DNA from: Nitrospiraceae bacterium
GTDB taxonomy: Bacteria > Nitrospirota > Thermodesulfovibrionia > Thermodesulfovibrionales > Dissulfurispiraceae
Length of the DNA stretch: 64,000 nucleotides
Assembly: GCA_012517735.1 (NCBI GenBank)
Contig: JAAYUK010000063.1
Span: 2,671-66,670, forward strand
Direction of reading: 5' to 3'
Part shown: positions 54,083 through 62,097 of the stretch, one piece after another
Layout of the letters: every line of letters starts with the position of its first letter
Position numbering within the stretch: position 1 is the stretch's first letter
Made by a program: the position numbers and the translations under genes
The notes under the pieces: model-generated
Told to the model about the DNA's origin: nothing
What the model saw: only the letters and a program-made list of their open reading frames with translations
The model's database searches: none

Positions 54083-54311
54083 CTCAAAACTGTCATTCGG
54101 ATTCGACCGAAATCGCTCAGAGTCCGGCAGGGCAGGCAACAGAGCGGATTTATTCGGCGAAGCGGCACATACAGGACGTATGTGCCGGGCGAATACCTCG
54201 GACGACGGCTGGACGCCGTCCGGGAAGCGGGGCCTCCGAAAATGTCGGAGACTTTTCGGGGTGGCAGTTGAGCGGCGTTGCTTGCCGTGCCGAGCTAATG
54301 AGAATTCTCGG
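54083..54311 (+). mobile_element. MITE copy 3 (229 bp)
   Basis: CTCAAAACTGTCA...TGAGAATTCTCGG, flanked by direct TTTAT at 54078-82 and 54312-16. The near end lies 23 bp upstream of the flavoprotein start codon. Confidence 0.78.
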
Positions 54312-54322
54312 TTTATAAGCAT

Positions 54323-54412
54323 AAAAAAACGCATGGGCCCTGTCAGCAGAGGATAGCATGCAGACCGCGAGAAGTACGACCGACCCGCTGAACAGAACGG
54401 ACGGCCCATGCG
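54323..54412 (-). terminator. Long-stem terminator-like structure after the mrp/ORP-like operon
   Basis: Reverse strand has CGCATGGGCC, about 63 nt, GGCCCATGCG, then TTTTTTT. The interior can extend the stem (CTGTTCAGC/GCTGACAG). Confidence 0.5.
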
Positions 54413-54422
54413 CATCAGGGCG

Positions 54423-55262
54423 CTAAGCGATATTCCGGACAAGGGTATCGACCAACGCCGAGAAAGCCCTGCCCGAAGGGCTCTCCGCGGCATGCTGTAT
54501 CACCGGTTCCCCACTGTCGCCGGATGCGGCAACTGCGGCATCAAGCGGAATGCTTCCCAGAAACGGGATCTGCATCTCCGCTGCGAGGGCTTCGCCACCG
54601 CCTTTTTTGAAGATATTCACGACCGTCCCGCAGTGCGGACAGGCAAAACCGCTCATGTTTTCGACCAGTCCGATGATCGGAATGCCGACTTCCCGGCAGA
54701 AGGTGATCGATTTGCGCACATCCTCCAGCGCGACATCCTGGGGGGTTGTGACGATTATCGCCCCGTCGGGGTTCTTGAGCAGTTGAACGATTGAAATCGG
54801 TTCGTCGCCGGTGCCCGGGGGGCAATCGACAACGAGCCAGTCACGGGGTCCCCATGCAACATCGCCGAGGAACTGCTTGATGACCCCATGTTTCAGCGGA
54901 GCACGCCAGATGAGCGCATTGTTGCGGTCCTGCAGGAGAAATCCGACCGACATGACCGACAGCAGTCCGTCATACCCGACCGGAAGCAGGGATTCTCCAT
55001 CCTGCTCCGGCAGCATCCCTTCGAGTCCGAGAATTTTTGGGATACTCGGCCCATGAATATCGATATCGACCAGACCGGTCCTCAGGCCGCGCAGGGCGAG
55101 TCCGACGGCAATATTTGCGGCCACCGAGCTTTTGCCGACGCCTCCCTTGCCGGAAAGAACGAGTATTTTGTGGCGGATTTGCTCCATGCGGTGCTGCACC
55201 GCATTCTGCTCCTGTTCAATCCATTGTGTGTCATTGCTGCCGCACGCATGTGGTGTGCTCAT
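54423..55262 (-). CDS. mrp: Mrp/NBP35 (ApbC-type) Fe-S cluster carrier ATPase
   Basis: ..ILVLSGKGGVGKSSVAANIA..VDIDIHGPS..DCPPGTGDE..CPHCG... Start is uncertain (55262, 55295 or 55187). Confidence 0.85.
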   Translation of the reverse strand: MSTPHACGSNDTQWIEQEQNAVQHRMEQIRHKILVLSGKGGVGKSSVAANIAVGLALRGLRTGLVDIDIHGPSIPKILGLEGMLPEQDGESLLPVGYDGLLSVMSVGFLLQDRNNALIWRAPLKHGVIKQFLGDVAWGPRDWLVVDCPPGTGDEPISIVQLLKNPDGAIIVTTPQDVALEDVRKSITFCREVGIPIIGLVENMSGFACPHCGTVVNIFKKGGGEALAAEMQIPFLGSIPLDAAVAASGDSGEPVIQHAAESPSGRAFSALVDTLVRNIA

Positions 55263-56169
55263 GTCCGGTGTTCCTTTCTTGCTGTATGGTGTCAAAAAGT
55301 CTCAGAATATTCTTGGTAATTGTCCGCAATGCCTCCGCGGCCCGGCTTTCGGGATAGCAACGGGCCAGAGGAATCCCCTGCGCGATGGCGAGCGGGACGT
55401 GAATGTCATACGGGATTTCTCCGAGTACGGTGATTCCGCGTTCCGCCATGCGGGAACGGATGGTTTCAGCCCCCTCAGGATTGATATCCGCCTTGTTGAT
55501 GATTACGCCGGTCACCGGGTCAAAATATGCCGTCACTTCAAGCAGGCGCTCCAGATCGCTCAGCGCCGGCGCGGTCGGTTCCGTTATGGCCAGCACAGCG
55601 TCGCAGCCTTTCAGCGATGAGATAACCGGACAGCCGATGCCGGGCGGGCCGTCGATGATGAGATAGTCAGCCCGGTCATCCTGTGCGACGTTTCGTGCTT
55701 CATTTTTGACCAGATCCACAATCTTGCCGGAACTGCTCTGACCAACCGTCAACTCGCCCGAAACGAGATTGCGCACACCGTTCCGGAACAGATGCAGATA
55801 GCCGTTCTGCATGCGTTTTATGCTGACGGCGTGTTCCGGGCATTCGGCCACACACGCTCCGCAGGCTTCACAAAAGAGCGGCAGCATGACCGGTATCTTC
55901 TCATCCGGCAGCAGTGCGCCGAAACTGCACACCGCAGTGCAATCCATGCAGCCGATGCAACGGGTCTCGTCAATCACGGCTTTTTCGGATGCAAAAACCG
56001 GAGCGCTTTTTATCGGCTCAGCTCCGGTGATGATATGCAGATTCGGTGCGTCCACATCGGTATCGGCCAGTGTGATGATGAGGCCGGCAGGCAGGAGTTC
56101 CGCCAATGAGGCAGTGATGCTCGATTTGCCGACACCGCCTTTTCCGCTCAGGATGACCACTTCTTTCAT
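55231..56169 (-). CDS. MinD-superfamily P-loop ATPase with inserted 2x[4Fe-4S] ferredoxin domain (COG1149-like)
   Basis: MKEVVILSGKGGVGKSS.., CIGCMDCTAVC.., CEACGACVAECP. The ATG overlaps (ATGA) the upstream gene's stop. Confidence 0.85.
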   Translation of the reverse strand: MKEVVILSGKGGVGKSSITASLAELLPAGLIITLADTDVDAPNLHIITGAEPIKSAPVFASEKAVIDETRCIGCMDCTAVCSFGALLPDEKIPVMLPLFCEACGACVAECPEHAVSIKRMQNGYLHLFRNGVRNLVSGELTVGQSSSGKIVDLVKNEARNVAQDDRADYLIIDGPPGIGCPVISSLKGCDAVLAITEPTAPALSDLERLLEVTAYFDPVTGVIINKADINPEGAETIRSRMAERGITVLGEIPYDIHVPLAIAQGIPLARCYPESRAAEALRTITKNILRLFDTIQQERNTGHEHTTCVRQQ

Positions 56170-57101
56170 TTCAGCCACTCCCTTTCTATCCGCGCTGCCA
56201 AGTCGGTAAAGATGCGCGCTGCGGGCGAGTCAGGGTTCGTGCCGACAACGGGCAGTCCTTTCACATAGCTTTGCAGCAGGATACTGTCATGCGGAATTGA
56301 TGCAGCTACGGTAACATCCTTTGATGCAGCCTCCGGGGCAATCGTTGCCTGGCTGCCGCTCAGATTTGAGCGGTTCAGGATAATGCGGGCCGGTATTGCG
56401 AGCATTTCACAGAGATCGAGGATGAGACCGAGATCATGCATGCCGACACGGGTCGGTTCGGTGACCGCATACGCGCAGCCGGCGCCCGCGAGCGCCGCAA
56501 TAACGGTGCAATGTACCCCGGGGGCGGTATCGACGACTATGATGTCGAACCGGTCTGCTTCCGCCGCCAGGCGATCCTTGAGCGCCCGCACTATAATGGT
56601 GCTCTCCTCTCGTCCCGGGAGCAGCTCTCCGCTGAAAAGCGTAAGATTACCGGATTCTGTCCGGCAGGTAGCGCCGACGGACATCCAGCGGGTCAGCAGC
56701 GCTCCTGTCGGACAGGCGTTTATACAGGCTTTGCACCCATTGCATTCTCCCATCAATATCGGTGTCTGATCCGGCGGCAGAAAGAGCGCATTGCGGCGGC
56801 ATGCCGCAATGCAGTCCCCGCAGTGTGTGCAGAGCGATGGTTCCACGAGCGGCATGGCAACCTGGACATCGATATGGTCTTTGAGGGGAAGCGAGAGCAG
56901 AATGTGATTGTTCGGCGCTTCCGTATCCGCATCGACCAGTGCCACTGCATGTCCGCGGGCTGCCAGGGCAGCTGCAATATTGACGGCAACGGTTGATTTG
57001 CCGACACCACCTTTGCCACCCGTAACAGCAATAACCGGCGTTGCATACGGGTGATCGTGCAAGGCTTCCAGTTGCCGGGCGGTAAAGACCTCTGCAGTCA
57101 C
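56166..57101 (-). CDS. MinD-superfamily P-loop ATPase with inserted 2x[4Fe-4S] ferredoxin domain (second copy)
   Basis: ..VIAVTGGKGGVGKSTVA.., CTHCGDCIAAC.., CNGCKACINACP. GTG start overlaps the upstream stop (GTGA). Confidence 0.85.
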   Translation of the reverse strand: MTAEVFTARQLEALHDHPYATPVIAVTGGKGGVGKSTVAVNIAAALAARGHAVALVDADTEAPNNHILLSLPLKDHIDVQVAMPLVEPSLCTHCGDCIAACRRNALFLPPDQTPILMGECNGCKACINACPTGALLTRWMSVGATCRTESGNLTLFSGELLPGREESTIIVRALKDRLAAEADRFDIIVVDTAPGVHCTVIAALAGAGCAYAVTEPTRVGMHDLGLILDLCEMLAIPARIILNRSNLSGSQATIAPEAASKDVTVAASIPHDSILLQSYVKGLPVVGTNPDSPAARIFTDLAARIEREWLK

Positions 57102-57478
57102 GAGCGGCCTCGCCCGGCCGACCCTTTACGTGCCTGTGCCCCGGTGCTCCGCCGGAGCAGGCCGTCCGAATAGTTTTTCACGGCGGTTTTTACCTCCATG
57201 CCGGCGCTGAGCCCGTCGTAAATGGCAATGCCCGCCGCCTGCAGGGCTGCATATGCCTTGGGTCCGACGAACCCGGTAAGCACTGCGTTGACCCCTTTTT
57301 GTGCTACGCTCTGAGCGGCGGCTATGCCAGCGCCCTGCCCGGCGTCCATTGCCGGATTCGCAATCGTTTCGTGCTGCATGGTATCGGGATCCACGAGCAC
57401 GAAGAACGGCGCCCGGCCGAAGCGTTCATCAACGCGAGCATCCAGGCCGTGACCTGAAGCGGTTATGCAGATTTTCAT
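57098..57478 (-). CDS. NifX/NifB-like (COG1433, orange-protein-like) protein
   Basis: MKICITASGHGLDARVDERFGRAPFFVLVD..VLTGFVGPKAY..AGIAIY.., with a basic tail and no Cys/His tail. Confidence 0.85.
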   Translation of the reverse strand: MKICITASGHGLDARVDERFGRAPFFVLVDPDTMQHETIANPAMDAGQGAGIAAAQSVAQKGVNAVLTGFVGPKAYAALQAAGIAIYDGLSAGMEVKTAVKNYSDGLLRRSTGAQARKGSAGRGRS

Positions 57479-57508
57479 TCCATGACTCCCTTCATCGTTG
57501 CGTGCATC

Positions 57509-57772
57509 CTATTCGTTCTTGGTGAGTGCATCAAGGCGTTTCCGCACGTCTGTCAGCGCCCGTTCGAGGGCGGTAGCTTCCTCGGTAAGCCATGCACGTT
57601 CGTCGGAAGGATCCGTTGCACGCAGTCCCGGCTGGAAACGGGCTCCCAAGAACCGGCGCCCCATGCCACGTCCGCTAAACCCCTGACGCCGCATCCCGGC
57701 GCCGCACGGCCCCAAACCTCTGCCGGTACCCGGGCCGAACCCCTGAGGACCTGTCTGATTGAATCCCGGCAT
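57509..57772 (-). CDS. DUF5320 protein (Gly-rich N-terminus, coiled-coil C-terminus)
   Basis: MPGFNQTGPQGFGPGTGRGLGPCGAG..., then ..LTEEATALERALTDVRKRLDAL. AGGAGG RBS. Confidence 0.75.
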   Translation of the reverse strand: MPGFNQTGPQGFGPGTGRGLGPCGAGMRRQGFSGRGMGRRFLGARFQPGLRATDPSDERAWLTEEATALERALTDVRKRLDALTKNE

Positions 57773-57812
57773 GATCATCACCTCCTTTCTTTAATAGCAT
57801 ATGCCCATAATT

Positions 57813-58190
57813 TCAGTCCAAAAACTCTGCACACCCAGCGAGACGGGCAATTTCTTTGAGCATGCAGAGTCCGTTGGGAAGGCTGCATGCCCCGGTTTTT
57901 CGCTGTGCGGCTGGATGTTCCGGCTCGACGATATCTCCGAGCACACCATATATCGAGAGCATAAGAGCTCGCGCGCTCTCTCCGCCTGACCAGTTGGTCA
58001 CGCACGCTTCCGTCTCGATCAGTTTCTTTCGTGCGGCTTCCAAGGTCACTGCGAAGGATTTACAGTTTCTGCACAACTCATCCTTCTGCTGGTGGTGCAG
58101 CATACCGAACAGGCAATGCAGTGTCCGGACGCCGGCCTCGATCGTGTTTTCGGGACGGACTCTCGCGGTACTGTCAGTCGTATGCGCCAT
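57813..58190 (-). CDS. Cys-rich hypothetical protein
   Basis: 125 aa with 8 Cys (..LHCLFG..CRNC..EACV..GACSLPNGLCML..GCAEF). The ATG lies 1 nt after the upstream stop. No family was recognised. Confidence 0.5.
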   Translation of the reverse strand: MAHTTDSTARVRPENTIEAGVRTLHCLFGMLHHQQKDELCRNCKSFAVTLEAARKKLIETEACVTNWSGGESARALMLSIYGVLGDIVEPEHPAAQRKTGACSLPNGLCMLKEIARLAGCAEFLD

Positions 58191-58191
58191 G

Positions 58192-58566
58192 TCAGTGTTC
58201 ACATCCGCCCGCGTGTCCCGCGCAGGTGTCGGTCATGCCGAATATCGGCAGCATGCTTTTCTGGAACAGGGAGATATTTTCCTTCACGGTCGGCGCTTCG
58301 GCCCGGTAAATCCGGATGCCAGCCTGTGCAAGCCTGCTGAGCGCACCTGCCCCGATACCGCCGACAATGAGCGCATCGATCTCGGCGCCGCCAAGCTTCG
58401 CAAAGGGGTTGCACGTTCCGCCATGTTCGTGCAGCGCCTGATTCTGGATCGGCGTCAGCACATTCGTTTCCGTGTCATACACGGCAAACGTCTGCGAGGA
58501 CCCGAAATGGGGGTTAACCTCGCTCTCCAGCTCTTTGAACTCATGGATGGGAAAACAGATTTTCAT
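58192..58566 (-). CDS. NifX/NifB-like (COG1433, orange-protein-like) protein with Cys/His tail
   Basis: MKICFPIHEFKELESEVNPHFGSSQTFAVYD..LIVGGIGAGAL..AGIRIY.., tail CAGHAGGCEH. AAGGAGG RBS. Confidence 0.85.
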   Translation of the reverse strand: MKICFPIHEFKELESEVNPHFGSSQTFAVYDTETNVLTPIQNQALHEHGGTCNPFAKLGGAEIDALIVGGIGAGALSRLAQAGIRIYRAEAPTVKENISLFQKSMLPIFGMTDTCAGHAGGCEH

Positions 58567-58591
58567 GAGAACCTCCTTGGTGTTTGATGTT

Positions 58592-58620
58592 ATTTTATGA
58601 GCATATGCTCAAAAAGTCAA
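58592..58620 (-). promoter_or_regulatory. Sigma70 promoter with 14-bp palindromic operator for the ORP-like cluster
   Basis: Reverse strand: TTGACT (58620-15), 17-nt spacer containing TGAGCATATGCTCA (58598-58611), TAAAAT (58597-92). Confidence 0.7.
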
Positions 58621-58727
58621 GAGATGAGTCCTTGTCCGGTTCACCGGCCGCGCCACCCCCATTGGTGTAGACATCCCAAGTGCTTCAAATGTCAAGGTCT
58701 GGTACAATGTCAGCAAGGGATAGAGCC

Positions 58728-59657
58728 ATGACAACAGTGCGAATATTCATTTTCATGATCGTGCTCGTTTGGGTGATTTCCTGCACAAACGAGACGGTCA
58801 TTCCTGTTGATCTGTCAAAGCGTTCCGATATTACGGCTTCGCGCGAAAGTGATGTGATCACGTATGCGTATCTCCCCCAATACTCGCATCGCACGTCGTA
58901 TCAGCGCCATCATCTTTTGATCAAATATCTGCGCGCCGAAACCGGCCTCAAGATCGAGCAGATTTTCCCCGATACGTTTGATGAGCATATCCGCATGGTT
59001 GGACAGGGCAAGATCGACATCACGTTTTCCAACCCCATGGTATACGCGTTGCTGGCGAAGCGCTACGGTTCGCAGGCATTTGCCCGGATTATCGAACTGG
59101 ACGGAAAGGCGGAGTTCAGGGGGCTCATTTTCACCCGGTCCGATAACGCCGCCATACGAACTCTCCAGGACTGCCGGGGGAAACGCTGGTATGCCGTTGA
59201 CCCGGCATCGGCCGGAGGTTACCTGTTCGGTCTCGGTCATTTTTACGAGCATGGTATCCGGAAGGAAGACTTTGCGGAGATTGCGTTTGCTCCCGGGCCG
59301 GGAGGCAAATCCGAGAAGGTGGTGCTCGCTGTTCATGCGGGGAAATACGATTTCGGTACGGTGCGGGAAGGAACGCTTGCGGTCGTCGCGGACAAGATCG
59401 ATATCACCGAAATCCGGGTGATTGCCCAGACCCGCTGGTACCCAGGCTGGGTATATTCCGCGCGCAAAGGACTCGACCCGGATGTCATTGCACGCATCAG
59501 GGAAGCCATGCTCAGACTGGACCGCGGCAATCCCGAGCACCGGCGTATTCTCGAAGCCGCAACGTTCAGCGGCATCATTCCTTCGCATGACCGGGACTTC
59601 GAGGCGCTCAATGCGCTGATCGCCACGGTCGGACTTCCTCCGGGGTCGCCCGACTGA
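58728..59657 (+). CDS. PhnD-like periplasmic substrate-binding lipoprotein
   Basis: Lipobox (LVWVISC). The pattern ..PQYS......Y..L..YL....G........D....I.....G..D..F.... matches phosphonate-type SBPs. Precedes the sensor kinase. Confidence 0.7.
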   Translation: MTTVRIFIFMIVLVWVISCTNETVIPVDLSKRSDITASRESDVITYAYLPQYSHRTSYQRHHLLIKYLRAETGLKIEQIFPDTFDEHIRMVGQGKIDITFSNPMVYALLAKRYGSQAFARIIELDGKAEFRGLIFTRSDNAAIRTLQDCRGKRWYAVDPASAGGYLFGLGHFYEHGIRKEDFAEIAFAPGPGGKSEKVVLAVHAGKYDFGTVREGTLAVVADKIDITEIRVIAQTRWYPGWVYSARKGLDPDVIARIREAMLRLDRGNPEHRRILEAATFSGIIPSHDRDFEALNALIATVGLPPGSPD

Positions 59658-59660
59658 GCC

Positions 59661-61742
59661 ATGCGATTCTTCATCAGAAAACTGCGGCAGGCCCGCTTCG
59701 GAACCAAGATCACGACGAGCATCGTCGTGATTCTCCTGCTGTTGGGCATCGGGCTTTCGATCATGATGCATCAACTGGTGCTGCGGTCCCTGCTTTCGGA
59801 GAGCAAAGTACGCGGTGCTTCCCAAGTAGTGAATCTTGCAGCGCGTGCGGTTGAACCCGTGCTTGCGATTGACTATCTCCAGCTTCGGAATCTGGCGGAT
59901 GGTCTCCTGAAAGCCGATCCGGATGCGCTCTATGCTTTTGTCACGGATGCAAAGGGAGTGCCCATGGTTCACACGTTCGGCGCCGCATTCCCGACTGACC
60001 TGAGCGCAGTGAACCCGGTTGCTGATACGGAATCGCACCGCGTCGTGCGACTGACAACAGGAAGTCAGGACATCTATGACTTTGCGGCTCCGATCATGAT
60101 CGGTACCGACCGGATCGGCACCGTGCGGGTCGGTCTTTCGCTGGACCGCATTTATCTCGTGGTCCGGCAGGTTACCCTGACCATCATTGTGTCGATCGCG
60201 ATCGCCATGGCGATCGCCGGGCTGGTCAGCGCAGCGCTTGCACAAACGGTCACGCGGAAGATACGGATTCTGCACGCCGCCGCCGAAGAGGTCATCAAGG
60301 GAAATCTCGATATCAGGGCGGCGCAACGGATCGGCGAAAACTGCTGGGATATCATGCGGTGCGGGAAAGAGGCATGTCCTGCATATGGCGATACGTCCCG
60401 CCGCTGCTGGTATCTGGTCGGCACCCTCTGTGGATCATGCGCGGAAGGAGAGTACCGGAGCAAGATCGAAAGCTGCCGGGAATGTGATGTCTATAAAAAG
60501 AACGCAGGCGATGAGGTCGAGCATCTTGCGGAGTTTTTTGATGTCATGGCATTCACGCTGAAAGAGCGGCTCGAAAAACTGCGCGCGGCTGAACTCGACC
60601 TCCGGCAGCAGCAACAGCTGGTTCAGACCATCCTGGACGCTACCCCGGACCTGGTCTCGCTGAAGGACGTCGATTTCCGGTATCGCAGCGTCAACAAGGC
60701 ATTTTGTTCCTTTGTGGGAAGGGATGAGCAGGACATCCTCGGCAAAACGGTGACCGAAGTCTTCTCCCCGGAACAGGCGGTGCTCGCTACCAACGAGGAG
60801 GCTCATGTCATGCAGACCGGGGAAGCGGTATCGGTTGAGCGGGTGTTTGTCTCGCCGCACGCTGGAGAGCGGCAGTTTCATGTCGTCAAGACGGCGGTGC
60901 ATGATGCTGACGGCTCCATCATCGGTGTTTTGAGCACGGCGCGCGATATCACTGAAATGCGCAGATTGCATGAGCGGGTGGCGAATGCGCAGCGGCTTGA
61001 GTCGATCGGTCGGCTTGCCGCCGGGGTTGCACACGAAATCAATACGCCGCTGGGCATTATTCTGGGATATGCACAACTTGCCGCCGAGGACTTGCCGGAA
61101 GGGTCCGAGCTTCGTGAGCATGTCGGCCTGATAGAAAAGTATGCGCGTGTCTGCAGGAAAATCGTTGCCGACCTGCTCAGCTTTTCCCGCAATACCGAAA
61201 GCATGATGCAGCCGCTCGATCTGAATGAGATCATCGTGCAGATTACCGCCATTGTCGAGCACACATTCGGTCTCGACCGCATTGCCATTGTCCGTTCGCT
61301 TGCGGCCGATCTCCCATCGGTGCGCGGAGACCGGGACAAACTGGGGCAGGTGCTGATGAATCTGTTGACGAATGCCCGCGATGCGATCGGGTCGGACGGC
61401 GTCATAACCGTGCGGACCCGTTTTGATCCCGAGACGAATGAAGCGGTTGTCGAGGTGTCGGATACGGGTGCGGGGATCTCTCCCGAGAACCGGGAACGCA
61501 TCTTTGAACCGTTCTTTACCACAAAAGGGGTTGGTAAGGGAACAGGACTCGGTCTTTCCGTCACCTTTGGCATAGTAAAGGAACATGGCGGCAGGATCGA
61601 TCTGGTCAGTCCCTATCTGCCGCATGAGACGGAAACGGAAACCGGCGGCGGGCGTGGGACGCTGTTCAGTATCAGGCTGCCGGTGCAGACGCAATCACAC
61701 ATGAAGGAGGATGTACAGGATGGCGCATATTCTGGTGCTTGA
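59661..61742 (+). CDS. Sensor histidine kinase (TM, sensor, HAMP, 8-Cys module, PAS, HisKA, HATPase)
   Basis: H-box AAGVAHEINTPLG, N-box LMNLLTNARDA, G-boxes DTGAGI and GTGLGLS. Cys module NCWDIMRCGKEACPAY..RCWYLVGTLCGSC..CRECDVY. Confidence 0.88.
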   Translation: MRFFIRKLRQARFGTKITTSIVVILLLLGIGLSIMMHQLVLRSLLSESKVRGASQVVNLAARAVEPVLAIDYLQLRNLADGLLKADPDALYAFVTDAKGVPMVHTFGAAFPTDLSAVNPVADTESHRVVRLTTGSQDIYDFAAPIMIGTDRIGTVRVGLSLDRIYLVVRQVTLTIIVSIAIAMAIAGLVSAALAQTVTRKIRILHAAAEEVIKGNLDIRAAQRIGENCWDIMRCGKEACPAYGDTSRRCWYLVGTLCGSCAEGEYRSKIESCRECDVYKKNAGDEVEHLAEFFDVMAFTLKERLEKLRAAELDLRQQQQLVQTILDATPDLVSLKDVDFRYRSVNKAFCSFVGRDEQDILGKTVTEVFSPEQAVLATNEEAHVMQTGEAVSVERVFVSPHAGERQFHVVKTAVHDADGSIIGVLSTARDITEMRRLHERVANAQRLESIGRLAAGVAHEINTPLGIILGYAQLAAEDLPEGSELREHVGLIEKYARVCRKIVADLLSFSRNTESMMQPLDLNEIIVQITAIVEHTFGLDRIAIVRSLAADLPSVRGDRDKLGQVLMNLLTNARDAIGSDGVITVRTRFDPETNEAVVEVSDTGAGISPENRERIFEPFFTTKGVGKGTGLGLSVTFGIVKEHGGRIDLVSPYLPHETETETGGGRGTLFSIRLPVQTQSHMKEDVQDGAYSGA

Positions 61743-62079
61743 CGATGTGTTTGACGCCGTCGAGATGATCAAAAAAATTCTTGGGCGCAAGGGGCATCAT
61801 GTTGTCGGGTTTGTCGATGAGGATGAGGCGCTTGCTTATGTCATGGCCAATCCGGTTGACCTCGCGATTCTTGATATCAAACTTCGCAAGCTTACGGGTG
61901 TTGAGGTGCTGGAGGAACTCCGTTCGATTCGCCCGGAACTCAGGGTGATCATGCTGACCGGTTATCCGACGCTTGAGACAGCACGTGAAGCGGTTCGTCT
62001 CGGTGCGAGCGAGTATTGCGTCAAGCCGATCGAGAAGGAAGAACTGGAACAGAAGGTCGAATCCGTCCTCGCCGGATAG
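61720..62079 (+). CDS. Single-domain response regulator (CheY-like)
   Basis: MAHILVLDDV..DLAILDIKL..IMLTGY..YCVKP. GGAGG lies 9 nt upstream. Overlaps the kinase 3' end. Confidence 0.85.
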   Translation: MAHILVLDDVFDAVEMIKKILGRKGHHVVGFVDEDEALAYVMANPVDLAILDIKLRKLTGVEVLEELRSIRPELRVIMLTGYPTLETAREAVRLGASEYCVKPIEKEELEQKVESVLAG

Positions 62080-62097
62080 CCGGAGGAAAACAGTACC

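Noticed and set aside
58567-58727. Sigma54 promoter (TGGCAC-N5-TTGC) expected by analogy with the Desulfovibrio orp operons.
   Set aside because: No -24/-12 element is visible on either strand. A near-consensus sigma70 promoter is present instead.
58815-61694. Minus-strand ORFs 58815-60326 (503 aa) and 60435-61694 (419 aa), opposite the PhnD-like and histidine kinase genes. Also 63046-63957 opposite the PEP-utilising gene.
   Set aside because: Antisense shadows. The plus-strand genes show H, N and G boxes and PPDK_N motifs.
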